Positions 39,404 to 48,888 of a stretch of 64,000 nt of DNA are shown one piece after another. Source of the DNA: Cytophagales bacterium. Lineage in GTDB: Bacteria > Bacteroidota > Bacteroidia > Cytophagales > JAHDFW01. The first letter of the stretch is position 1, and the number at the start of each line of letters is the position of its first letter. The translations under genes and the position numbers were made by a program. The stretch spans positions 175,360 through 239,359 of the forward strand of contig CBDICC010000044.1 in assembly GCA_965277185.1 (NCBI GenBank), given 5' to 3'. Below the pieces are notes generated by a model. That model had not been told where the DNA came from. It saw only the letters and a program-made list of their open reading frames with translations, and ran no database searches.

Positions 39404-42400
39404 ATGAGAATACGATTACCTTTTGCGTTGGCTTGTCTGATGACAACCATAAGCTTTTCGATGTTTGCGGGGTCTTGGAATACAAATAGTAGATGGAATG
39501 AACATCGAAACTTTGGAGCTAAATCTGTGATTTCCTGCGGAGATGGTCATGCATTAATGATTGTTCGTGGTAAGGTTTGGGGAACAGGATTAAATACTTC
39601 GGGTCAATTAGGAGCAAATAATGCGATTGTATCACAAACAAATTTTGTGGTCAACATGCGTGCGCTATCCAATGCTACTCAGGTAGCCGCTGGAAACATC
39701 CATTCATACATATTGTTGGCGGATGGAGAAATTTATGCATCAGGCTCAAATCAATATGGTCAATTAGGAACAAGCAGCATCGTGCCTTCAAATTATGATC
39801 CTAATAGAGTTACAGGGTTAGATTCAATGGTTGCTGTTGCGGCAGGTGGAAATCACGGATTAGCAATTTCGGTTAATGGTGAAGTATATTCATGGGGTAG
39901 AAACAATAAAGGTCAATTGGGTCTTGGAACCCTGATAGATATAAACAGTCCTCAAAAGATCCCTGGTCTTCAAAATATTGTAGCGATATCAGCAGGCGAG
40001 AACTTTAGCATGGCTTTAAGAGCAGATGGTACTGTTTGGGCTTGGGGAGAAAATGATAATGGACAACTTGGAAATAATTCAGTAACATCAAGTTCTACTC
40101 CCGTTCAGGTAAATGGACTTATAAATGTGGCGACCATTGCTGCCGGAGATAGTTCAGGTTATGCAGTGCTGTCTAACGGTTCGGCTTATTCCTGGGGGAA
40201 TAATGCGAATGGACAGTTAGGGAACAATTCTGTTGCTCAAACTACGGTCCCTGTACAAATAACTGGCCTTTCAAAAGTAGATTATATTCAAGGAGGAGGA
40301 GCCTATGCGATGGCTCGTCTTGCAGATGGAACATTGTGGAGTTGGGGAAACAATGCAAACGGGAGATTAGGTGTAGGAAGTACCACTCAAAGTTTAGTAC
40401 CAATTCAGGTGTCAGGAGTGTCGTCTATATTTTCAATGGCAGCAGGAAAAAGTCATGGAATTCTGTTGCGTTCTAACGGAGATTATATGGGCTGGGGAGA
40501 TAATTTTTACGGACAAGTGGGTGATTCCTCAAATCTGCAAAGATTAGCTCCGGTTAAAGTCTTAAGAGAAGAAGTGGTGTTGTCTGGTGTCGTTCAGGCA
40601 GAAGCAAGTTCTGGAGGTCATACTATTGTATTACGACCAAATGGAGAAGTGTATGGTTGGGGAGCTAATTTTTTCGGTCAGATGGGGCATAACCTAGGAC
40701 AAGATAGTGCAACCAGCGCAGATATTGTGGCTGGAATAAGCGAAGTGGCTAAAGTTAGTGTTGGAGAAGATTTCACGCTGGCTTTGAGGTCCAATGGTAC
40801 AGTTTGGATTTGGGGTAGGAATAATAGAGGGCAGTATGCCAATGGTACCATTTCTACCAGTGCCAACATAACTCCAACACAAGTTGCCGGATTAACAAAC
40901 ATTATAGACATACAAGCAGGTCCTGATTATGGAATGGCATTAGAAGCAGATGGAACCGTTTGGATTTGGGGAAATAATGAATTCGGTATCCGGGCAGATG
41001 GAATTATATCCACTACTGAGACGTCTGTTTTTCATGTTACCGCAATGAGCGAAGTTATAGGAATCGCAGCCGGTCATTATCATATTTCAGTGTTAAAGTC
41101 GGATGGAACAATTTGGTCTTGGGGAAAAAATTCATCTTATGGGACCAACTTTGCCAACGGAATGTTGGGGAATGGTTCGATTGTGGATTCACCTGTTCCC
41201 GTTCAAGTAAGTGGACTTTCGAATCAAATGGATGTGTCTGCAGGACTTTACTTCTCAATGGCTTTAAGCGCGGACGGACAACCTACAGGTTGGGGAAGTA
41301 GTTGGTTTGGAGAGTTTGGAGATGGAACATCTACCACATCGGCATTGTTGCCTAGTAATTCCAATATTTCAGGTGTACGACACTTAGATGGGGGAGATCG
41401 GTTTTCGAAATTTTTAACTGGGGTAGGAAGCCTTTATGCATCTGGATTAAATCCATCAGGCGTTTTAGCAGATAGTACAACCACGAATTATCTATCTCCG
41501 ATCTTAAATCGAATTGGAGAAGCGCTGGCTCCTATGGAAGGAATATTATCCACATCTAATGGAAGTCAACATTCAACTACAATAAGATATGATTGGAATG
41601 TGTGTGTCGCAGGAGAAAATTCTCAAGGACAACTAGGAAATGGAAGTACAGTTGCATCGTGGTATTACGTTTGTAATTCAGATATAAATTGTGAGCCAGG
41701 TACTGAGCCTAATCAAGCCTTAATTACTCCGATTGATACGGTTAAATGTGCCGAACTGGAAGACGCTACGTTATTGGCAAATGTTGGAAGTCCGGGAACA
41801 GGTAAATGGTCTGTTCTGGCTGGAGATGCGTGGTTAGCAGCTGGTCCTACCGCTGCTTCCAACAGTGCGATGGATTTATCAACAGGTTTAAATCGCTTTG
41901 AATGGGCTATTTCTACCGAATCTTGTCCGGCTACCAGAGACACGATCGATATTGTGGTATATGATGTTACTGGAGTGGATAGTGCAAGTGCTGGTATTGA
42001 TTTAGAGCTTTGTTGCACAGATAGTACACAACTTGGAGGCGCAAGTTCTACGGTGAGCCCTGAAGGTACGGGTGTTTGGACAGTTCTTGGACCAAGTGCT
42101 GTAGTAGCAGATGTCAATGATCCAAATTCAGCCATCTATCCTACCAAAGTTCCGGGAACGACATTTTTCATTTGGGCTGTAAGAGAAGGACCGGGGCAGG
42201 TTTGTTTTAGTAGTGATACGAAAGAAGTTGAAGTGTTTGCTTTGCCTTCTCAATCGGTAGTTAATACGATGAATGATTCACTATGTGCAGAAGGAACAGC
42301 CTCCTTAGATGCAGATGTGCCAGGAATAGGAATAGGTAAATGGATATCGCATCCACCGTTTGGAAGTGACTCAAAATTTGATGATCAAAATTCCAATTTC

Positions 42401-43819
42401 ACAGATTACGTCGGGTTGATTGAGGGAAGTAATAAGTTTAGCTGGATTGTTTGCAATGGTCCATGTCCTGCTTCAGAAGATTCCGTTGTGTTTGATGTGA
42501 AGAATAACCCAATTGATGCAGAAGCAAATGGCCCCTTTCAATTATGTCAAACAGGAACGATTCTTACCGAAGCGGATACACAATTTCATTATATGGCCAG
42601 ATGGACAGTTCCAAATTGTCCGGGAGCAATAATTGATAATGATACTTTACCAAAGACTCAAATTTCCGGATTGTGTGTAGGAGTTAACTATGTAGTTTGG
42701 ACTGTGTCAAATGGATTTTGTACAAAAGCAGATACCGCATTAGCTACTGTTTTTGAATTGCCAACTCCCGCAAATGCCAATGACTGCAATTTAGATACAA
42801 TATGTTTGGACTCTCAATTTGTACTCTGCGGAAATACGCCACTAGTTGGAACAGGACAATGGTCCTTGACCAATCAAGGGTTGGGGTCATTTTGCGATGA
42901 TACAGATCCCAACTCTTGTTTTATTCCTACAGTTCTTAACGTAGATATAGAATTCCATTGGGTAATTTCCAATGGTAATTGTGGAGTAGATTCAAGTACA
43001 ACCATACTTCATCCAGAAGCGGAACCGAATCAGGCGGAAGCTGGTTTGCCTTTTACAATGAGTTGCTATGACCTTGGAAATTGTCTGAATGGCAATACTC
43101 CAGGAACCAATGGTCAAACTGGATTGTGGACGCATAAACAAGGTACGGCTGTGTTTGATCTTGTTAAAAATGAAACGAAATCAGATGCATGTATTATTGA
43201 TGGTTTGGTAGAAGGAATAAATACGTTTTATTGGCAAACAAGTTCTGCCCATGGTACATGTACTAGTATAGATTCAATTGATGTAAACTTCTCTGTACCT
43301 GATAACATGACGCTTACTTTGTCATCTGATTGCTTCTTTTTAACGGGAGGAACACCAGATGTTTCAACAATACAATGGGTCTTTGATAATGGGACAACTA
43401 TAGATACTATAATTGCTCCAAATGGTTATTGCCCACCAAAAAATGCTTCTTCGTGTGGGTGGTATCATGCCATAGCTAAAGATGACCTTACCAGATGTCC
43501 AATTGTATCTGATACCTTAAGTTGGTTCCTTAGAGATAATGGAGATTGTTATTATGGATTTGAAGAAGCGCTGCTTCAAAGAACATCCATTGTTCCAAAT
43601 CCAACGAAAGGAGAGGTTTTCGTGACTATACCAGATGAACTTAGCGGACAAGTACAAATTAGCGTGATGAATGCCGTAGGACAATTGGTGATCTCTGAAA
43701 AATTGGTTGGCTATCAAAAAAGATTAGATCTTCAATCATATGAAAGTGGAATTTATTATTTAAGAATCTCTACAGAGCAAGGAACGCAGATCTCTAGAAA
43801 ATTGGTAAAGCTTAAATAG
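39404..43819 (+). CDS. RCC1-repeat beta-propeller protein with Ig/PKD-like stalk and T9SS type A CTD
   Basis: More than ten DGTVWxWGxNxxGQLG repeats. Stalk repeats AxAGxD..C..GxW. C-terminal VPNPTKG...ESGIYYLRI...RKLVKLK. Confidence 0.9.
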   Translation: MRIRLPFALACLMTTISFSMFAGSWNTNSRWNEHRNFGAKSVISCGDGHALMIVRGKVWGTGLNTSGQLGANNAIVSQTNFVVNMRALSNATQVAAGNIHSYILLADGEIYASGSNQYGQLGTSSIVPSNYDPNRVTGLDSMVAVAAGGNHGLAISVNGEVYSWGRNNKGQLGLGTLIDINSPQKIPGLQNIVAISAGENFSMALRADGTVWAWGENDNGQLGNNSVTSSSTPVQVNGLINVATIAAGDSSGYAVLSNGSAYSWGNNANGQLGNNSVAQTTVPVQITGLSKVDYIQGGGAYAMARLADGTLWSWGNNANGRLGVGSTTQSLVPIQVSGVSSIFSMAAGKSHGILLRSNGDYMGWGDNFYGQVGDSSNLQRLAPVKVLREEVVLSGVVQAEASSGGHTIVLRPNGEVYGWGANFFGQMGHNLGQDSATSADIVAGISEVAKVSVGEDFTLALRSNGTVWIWGRNNRGQYANGTISTSANITPTQVAGLTNIIDIQAGPDYGMALEADGTVWIWGNNEFGIRADGIISTTETSVFHVTAMSEVIGIAAGHYHISVLKSDGTIWSWGKNSSYGTNFANGMLGNGSIVDSPVPVQVSGLSNQMDVSAGLYFSMALSADGQPTGWGSSWFGEFGDGTSTTSALLPSNSNISGVRHLDGGDRFSKFLTGVGSLYASGLNPSGVLADSTTTNYLSPILNRIGEALAPMEGILSTSNGSQHSTTIRYDWNVCVAGENSQGQLGNGSTVASWYYVCNSDINCEPGTEPNQALITPIDTVKCAELEDATLLANVGSPGTGKWSVLAGDAWLAAGPTAASNSAMDLSTGLNRFEWAISTESCPATRDTIDIVVYDVTGVDSASAGIDLELCCTDSTQLGGASSTVSPEGTGVWTVLGPSAVVADVNDPNSAIYPTKVPGTTFFIWAVREGPGQVCFSSDTKEVEVFALPSQSVVNTMNDSLCAEGTASLDADVPGIGIGKWISHPPFGSDSKFDDQNSNFTDYVGLIEGSNKFSWIVCNGPCPASEDSVVFDVKNNPIDAEANGPFQLCQTGTILTEADTQFHYMARWTVPNCPGAIIDNDTLPKTQISGLCVGVNYVVWTVSNGFCTKADTALATVFELPTPANANDCNLDTICLDSQFVLCGNTPLVGTGQWSLTNQGLGSFCDDTDPNSCFIPTVLNVDIEFHWVISNGNCGVDSSTTILHPEAEPNQAEAGLPFTMSCYDLGNCLNGNTPGTNGQTGLWTHKQGTAVFDLVKNETKSDACIIDGLVEGINTFYWQTSSAHGTCTSIDSIDVNFSVPDNMTLTLSSDCFFLTGGTPDVSTIQWVFDNGTTIDTIIAPNGYCPPKNASSCGWYHAIAKDDLTRCPIVSDTLSWFLRDNGDCYYGFEEALLQRTSIVPNPTKGEVFVTIPDELSGQVQISVMNAVGQLVISEKLVGYQKRLDLQSYESGIYYLRISTEQGTQISRKLVKLK

Positions 43820-43857
43820 TTTTGCAGAATTAGAATACATACTTCCGATATATAAGT

Positions 43858-43897
43858 AAACCCAAAGTGAATCAACCCACTTTGGGTTTTTCTTTTT
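43858..43897 (+). terminator. Intrinsic terminator after the RCC1 gene
   Basis: aaacccaaagtg-N8-cactttgggttt followed by a T-rich tract. Confidence 0.8.
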
Positions 43898-43960
43898 ATA
43901 AAAATGCTGTTTTCGTCGTGTAAAGTGAGTAGACTTTTTTTACGATAAAAACAAAACAAC

Positions 43961-43968
43961 TATATTTG
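43961..43968 (+). promoter_or_regulatory. -7 promoter element of fbaA
   Basis: TATATTTG followed by CA, upstream of fbaA. Confidence 0.6.
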
Positions 43969-44102
43969 CAGCAGGTATAGAGAGTTAGCCGGATACAACT
44001 TCTTCAATACCAAATTAAATCTTTTATTCATTAATTATTTACATTAAAAGTAAGCCAGCAGAAAGCAATTGCTTCTTACTATTTTATTCAAAAATCTGAT
44101 CT

Positions 44103-45179
44103 ATGGAAAAATTAAAGTTAAAACCTGGAGTTGTAACCGGTAATCAAGTACAAGAAGTATTCAAACATGCCAAGGAAAATGGATACGCACTTCCTGCCGC
44201 AAATGTAATAGGAACAAATTCGGTCAATGCCGTAATAGAAACCGGAGCGAATTTGAAGTCGCCGATGATTGTTCAATTTTCTAATGGTGGAGCACAATTC
44301 TTTGCAGGAAAAGGCTTGAATAATGACGGTCATCGAGCAGCTATTGCCGGAGCAGTATCTGGAGCAATGCATGTGCATCAATTGGCTGAGTTATATGGAG
44401 CATCAATTATCTTGCATACAGATCATGCAGCCCGTAAATTACTTCCTTGGATTGATGGATTGTTGGACGCAGGAGAGGAGTTTTATAAAGTGCATGGTAA
44501 GCCATTATACAGTTCTCATATGATTGACCTTTCAGAGGAGTCATTGGAAGAAAATATAGCTACTTGTAAAGAGTATCTAAAGAGAATGGATAAATTGGAT
44601 ATGACATTGGAAATTGAACTCGGTATTACTGGAGGAGAAGAAGACGGAGTAGACAATACAGATGTGGATAGTTCTAAATTGTATACGCAGCCAGAAGAAG
44701 TAGCATATGCATATGAGCAGTTAAAAGAAGTAAGCGATCGATTTACAATTGCAGCTTCATTTGGAAATGTACACGGAGTGTATAAGCCAGGAAATGTAGT
44801 GTTGACTCCAAAAATCCTAGATAACTCACAAAAATACATTCAGGAGAAGTTTAATACCGCTGATTCAAGACCAGTGGACTTTGTATTCCATGGTGGTTCA
44901 GGATCAACAGTAGATGAAATTAGAGAAGGAATTTCATACGGTGTAGTTAAAATGAACATCGATACTGATTTGCAATGGGCATTTTGGGATGGAGTAAAAG
45001 ATAACTACAAAGAGAAAGAAGCATATTTGCAAGCGCAAATTGGAAACCCAGATGGATCAGATCAACCTAATAAGAAGCACTATGATCCACGTGCATGGTT
45101 GAGAAAAGGAGAAGGAACATTCTCTGATCGTTTGAAATCCGCATGTGAAGACTTAAATAATATTAATGTAATGGCTTAA
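44103..45179 (+). CDS. fbaA: Class II fructose-bisphosphate aldolase
   Basis: LHTDHA, SSHMIDLS, GGEEDGVDN, FGNVHGVYKPGNV and FHGGSGS motifs. Confidence 0.98.
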   Translation: MEKLKLKPGVVTGNQVQEVFKHAKENGYALPAANVIGTNSVNAVIETGANLKSPMIVQFSNGGAQFFAGKGLNNDGHRAAIAGAVSGAMHVHQLAELYGASIILHTDHAARKLLPWIDGLLDAGEEFYKVHGKPLYSSHMIDLSEESLEENIATCKEYLKRMDKLDMTLEIELGITGGEEDGVDNTDVDSSKLYTQPEEVAYAYEQLKEVSDRFTIAASFGNVHGVYKPGNVVLTPKILDNSQKYIQEKFNTADSRPVDFVFHGGSGSTVDEIREGISYGVVKMNIDTDLQWAFWDGVKDNYKEKEAYLQAQIGNPDGSDQPNKKHYDPRAWLRKGEGTFSDRLKSACEDLNNINVMA

Positions 45180-45275
45180 TTAAGTTTATAGAGCTTGAAC
45201 TTCTAAAATAGGGGTTTTATGCTGTGATAAACCATAAGTGACTATGGAATAAGAATACGATCATGTATTTTTAGT

Positions 45276-45310
45276 AAAAGGTCAGAACTTATTTCGTTCT
45301 GACCTTTTTT
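45276..45310 (+). terminator. Intrinsic terminator after fbaA
   Basis: aaaaggtcagaac-N7-gttctgacctttttt. Confidence 0.85.
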
Positions 45311-45415
45311 GTGTTTAAAATCTTGAGCATTGATAGGTTAAATTTGATAGAGCGGGCAGAACTTGTGATAAGAAGCATCTTTTGGATACGTGGTTGAGCC
45401 ATTCCATTATGAACG

Positions 45416-45451
45416 AAAAAGGCCTTGTTGAATTCAATCAACAAGGCCTTT
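45416..45451 (-). terminator. Intrinsic terminator after lpdA
   Basis: aaaaaggccttgttga-N6-tcaacaaggccttt, with the U-tract on the minus strand. Confidence 0.85.
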
Positions 45452-45498
45452 CGTATTTAGTAAGAACTATACTTTATATACATACTCGAAGGAGATTC

Positions 45499-46893
45499 CT
45501 AGATGTGGATCACCTCATCGTATGCTGCAGCTGCAGCTTCCATTATTGCTTCACTCATTGTTGGGTGTGGGTGTACTGATTTGATGATCTCATGACCTGT
45601 AGTTTCTAGTTTACGAGCCACTACTGCCTCAGCAATCAATTCAGTTACATTTGATCCAATCATATGACATCCAAGCCATTCTCCGTATTTTGCATCAAAG
45701 ATCACTTTGATGAAACCTTCTTTATGTCCTGCTGCACTTGCTTTTCCAGAAGCAGAAAATGGAAATTTTCCAACTTTCACTTCGTATCCAGCTTCTTTAG
45801 CCGCTTTTTCAGTCATTCCAACTGAAGCAACCTCAGGAGTACAATAAGTACAACCAGGAATATTACCGTAATCCAATGGTTCAGGATTCTGTCCAGCCAT
45901 TTTTTCTACACAAATAATACCTTCAGCACTCGCAACGTGGGCCAATGCAGGACCATGAACAATATCACCAATTGCATAAACTCCAGGTACATTCGTTCCA
46001 TAAAAATCATCTACAGTGATTTTTCCTTTATCGCTTGCAACACCGGATTCCTCAAGACCAATCCCTTCAAGGTTTGTTGCAATTCCGACAGCAGATAATA
46101 CTACGTCAGCTTCAAGAATTTCTTCTCCTTTTTTAGTTTTAACGGTAACCTTGCATTTTTTACCTTTCGTATCAACGCTTTCTACGGATGAACCAGTCAT
46201 TACATTGATTCCTTGCTTTTTGAATGAACGACCAAGTTGTTTTGAAACATCTTCATCTTCCACAGGAACAATTGTTGGCATGTATTCAACAATTGTAACT
46301 TTAGTTCCAAGAGCGTTGTAGAAATAAGCGAACTCAACTCCAATTGCTCCAGATCCAACCACAACCATAGATTCTGGTTGTTTTGGTAATACCATAGCCT
46401 CTCTATAGCCAATTATCTTTTTACCATCAATTGGTAAATTAGGAAGTTCTCTAGATCGAGCACCCGTTGCAATAATAATATTGTTAGGAGTATAAGTAGT
46501 TTTGTTTCCTTTGTCGTCCGTTACTTCTAATTTTTTACTTCCCAACACTTTTCCAAAACCTGCAACTACATCAATTTTGTTTTTCTTAAACAAAAACTGA
46601 ATTCCGTTACTCATTCCACCCGCTACATCTCTACTTCGCTGAACTACCTTTTTGAAATCTACTTTTGGGTTGCTAAGTGAAATTCCAAAGTCCTCTGCAT
46701 GATTTACGTAGTCAAATACCTGAGCGCTTTTCAACAATGCTTTTGTAGGGATACATCCCCAATTCAAACAAATTCCACCTAATTCAGCTTTTTCTACTAC
46801 GGCAACTTTCATACCTAGTTGAGAAGCTCTAATAGCGGCAACGTAACCACCTGGGCCACTTCCGATAACCATTAAATCGTATTGTGCAGACAT
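45499..46893 (-). CDS. lpdA: Dihydrolipoamide dehydrogenase
   Basis: GSGPGGYVAA, redox pair GGICLNWGCIPTK and C-terminal HPHPTMSE. Confidence 0.98.
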   Translation of the reverse strand: MSAQYDLMVIGSGPGGYVAAIRASQLGMKVAVVEKAELGGICLNWGCIPTKALLKSAQVFDYVNHAEDFGISLSNPKVDFKKVVQRSRDVAGGMSNGIQFLFKKNKIDVVAGFGKVLGSKKLEVTDDKGNKTTYTPNNIIIATGARSRELPNLPIDGKKIIGYREAMVLPKQPESMVVVGSGAIGVEFAYFYNALGTKVTIVEYMPTIVPVEDEDVSKQLGRSFKKQGINVMTGSSVESVDTKGKKCKVTVKTKKGEEILEADVVLSAVGIATNLEGIGLEESGVASDKGKITVDDFYGTNVPGVYAIGDIVHGPALAHVASAEGIICVEKMAGQNPEPLDYGNIPGCTYCTPEVASVGMTEKAAKEAGYEVKVGKFPFSASGKASAAGHKEGFIKVIFDAKYGEWLGCHMIGSNVTELIAEAVVARKLETTGHEIIKSVHPHPTMSEAIMEAAAAAYDEVIHI

Positions 46894-46958
46894 AATTTTG
46901 ATATATTATATATTGAGTTCAGTTAAATTTATAACAAAGTAAATTGTTTTGTTATCTG

Positions 46959-46988
46959 CAAATTTAAACTCTTTTGTAAGATAACAAA
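46959..46988 (-). promoter_or_regulatory. Bacteroidota promoter of lpdA (-33 and -7 elements)
   Basis: TTTG-N18-TAAATTTG on the minus strand. Confidence 0.65.
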
Positions 46989-47022
46989 AGATTCCCTTCA
47001 AGAATGAAATGAACAATAGATC

Positions 47023-47688
47023 TTATACAGATATATTAATTGGGTTTCCTAGATATTTTGGTTGACAAAAAAGAACATAAGTATCTAGCACCGCTTTAAA
47101 TTTGGCCAGATATTCACGCACATGCTGCTTTTTACTATACTTAGAAGGAACATCTTGAGCATTGTATCCAATAGCTTGAATTCCGTGCGTCTTAGCTAAG
47201 AAAACAGCACGCTCATTGTGTGCATTTTGCGAAATAATGGTGATCCTTTTTTGCCCAAACACTTTTTTAGCTCGAACTACAGAATCCAATGTGCGAAATC
47301 CTGCATAATCACAAGTAATAGCACGCGACGGAACGCCTAATTGGATTAAATAATCTCGCATATCCGTTGCCTCATCATATTGAGTAGCATGATTGTCCCC
47401 ACTTACTAAGAGATGTTTTACTTTTCCTGATTTATATAAGTTTGCGGCAGCCTGCATTCTATATTTAAAGTATAAATTGATCGTTCCACGTCGTGTTTTC
47501 TTACCAGAGCCCAATACAAGTGCAACATCATTACTTGGGATTTCTTTAATAGTGTTGTAAACGTGTTGTTTACTTGTTGTAATCACCCATAGATTGCTTC
47601 CCAAAATCATTAAAGCAGTACCTCCAAATAGAATAGATAAAATATAAATCAGGTTTTTGAATTTAATATTTCTTAAAATTTTTAACAT
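47023..47688 (-). CDS. sanA: SanA/ElyC (DUF218) family protein
   Basis: N-terminal transmembrane helix. VALVLG, LLVSGDN, DYAGFRTLDSVVRA and REYLA motifs. Confidence 0.88.
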   Translation of the reverse strand: MLKILRNIKFKNLIYILSILFGGTALMILGSNLWVITTSKQHVYNTIKEIPSNDVALVLGSGKKTRRGTINLYFKYRMQAAANLYKSGKVKHLLVSGDNHATQYDEATDMRDYLIQLGVPSRAITCDYAGFRTLDSVVRAKKVFGQKRITIISQNAHNERAVFLAKTHGIQAIGYNAQDVPSKYSKKQHVREYLAKFKAVLDTYVLFCQPKYLGNPINISV

Positions 47689-47740
47689 AGTAGGAGCATA
47701 TTGTTAAGCTGATTAATCAAGTGATATTGATTGAAGTTGA

Positions 47741-48640
47741 TTAAAAGGACTTTAAATCTGTTGAATAAAACGTCCAGGAAGGAGTTTGAATTGGAATGTC
47801 GCTGTTGCCTGCTTCCAAAGTGTACCATGGACTTCTCAACGGTTCTTCAGGATTGGTTAGTATGTGAAATTCTTGAGCGGGCATATAGCTTTGAGCCAAC
47901 ATGTATAATTTTTGTCCGGATTTTTCATCTACTGCCATATCAATGATTAACATGGCGTGACCTGGACTTCCGCCTTGTATTAATACATCTCCAATTTGCA
48001 TTGCTTCCAAAGGCTTTGATTTTAGTTCTTTCGATAGAGAAAGTGTACCCGCATACATGAAAATTTGTTCTAAGTATTTCCATAGAATGTCAGGAGTGTT
48101 TGCTGGGGATGCGCGAAGTTTCCATGTAGTTTTATTACCAGAAACACTGATTCGTTTACCTTTCATCCATTCGGAATAGTCCACACGCATTCCATTCGTG
48201 AAATTGAAGTGGATTTCATCATATCTTTTTTGGGAATACAGGTAATCCGCACGCACACGCATTACGGCATCGGCACATTGATGTAAATCCTTAGTACCAA
48301 TAGGGAGGTCAAACACTCCTAGGTGGTAACCTCCATCAATTTCGTCTCCATCATATGTACGAATGGGAGCACCATATTTTTTAAGTGGAATTGAAGCAAG
48401 ATAAGTTGAAAACGAATTAGCAGGCTTAGCTACTCTAGTAAATCCAGCAGGCGTTCTAAAACGTTCTGTAAGTGTGTTACCATCTGGGAACAAGATGCTT
48501 TTAGCTTTAACAGTGTCTTGTGCTGCAATCACCGGTTCATCAGGTTTGGTGACTTGGGCTTTGGTACATGAAAATTGGAAAAGAATTAAACCCGATATTA
48601 TTAATCCTGATAATCGACGTGATGAAAATGGAATAGACAT
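47741..48640 (-). CDS. DUF4846 family protein
   Basis: DLHQCADAVMRVRADY, YAGTLSL, GGSPGHA and LAQSYMPAQ motifs. Signal peptide with possible lipobox QFS|C. Confidence 0.82.
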   Translation of the reverse strand: MSIPFSSRRLSGLIISGLILFQFSCTKAQVTKPDEPVIAAQDTVKAKSILFPDGNTLTERFRTPAGFTRVAKPANSFSTYLASIPLKKYGAPIRTYDGDEIDGGYHLGVFDLPIGTKDLHQCADAVMRVRADYLYSQKRYDEIHFNFTNGMRVDYSEWMKGKRISVSGNKTTWKLRASPANTPDILWKYLEQIFMYAGTLSLSKELKSKPLEAMQIGDVLIQGGSPGHAMLIIDMAVDEKSGQKLYMLAQSYMPAQEFHILTNPEEPLRSPWYTLEAGNSDIPIQTPSWTFYSTDLKSF

Positions 48641-48829
48641 ATATTGATTTTTCTGAAGTTTGTACTTATATAATGAGGCAGAATCTATTTGTTACACAAA
48701 TAACCTATTACAAATGAGCATATATTATTCCAAAGTTGAAGATGCTATTTATTATTTGGCAAGAATGAATTAATAAACGCTTACGAATCAGAACTATTCG
48801 TAAATCACTAAACCTGAAATCTGGTAAAC

Positions 48830-48866
48830 AAAAAAGGCGATCAACATGGATTGTTGATCGCCTTTT
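48830..48866 (-). terminator. Intrinsic terminator after the antiporter gene
   Basis: aaaaaaggcgatcaaca-N5-tgttgatcgcctttt. Confidence 0.85.
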
Positions 48867-48888
48867 AGCTAAATAAACTAGCTATGGA

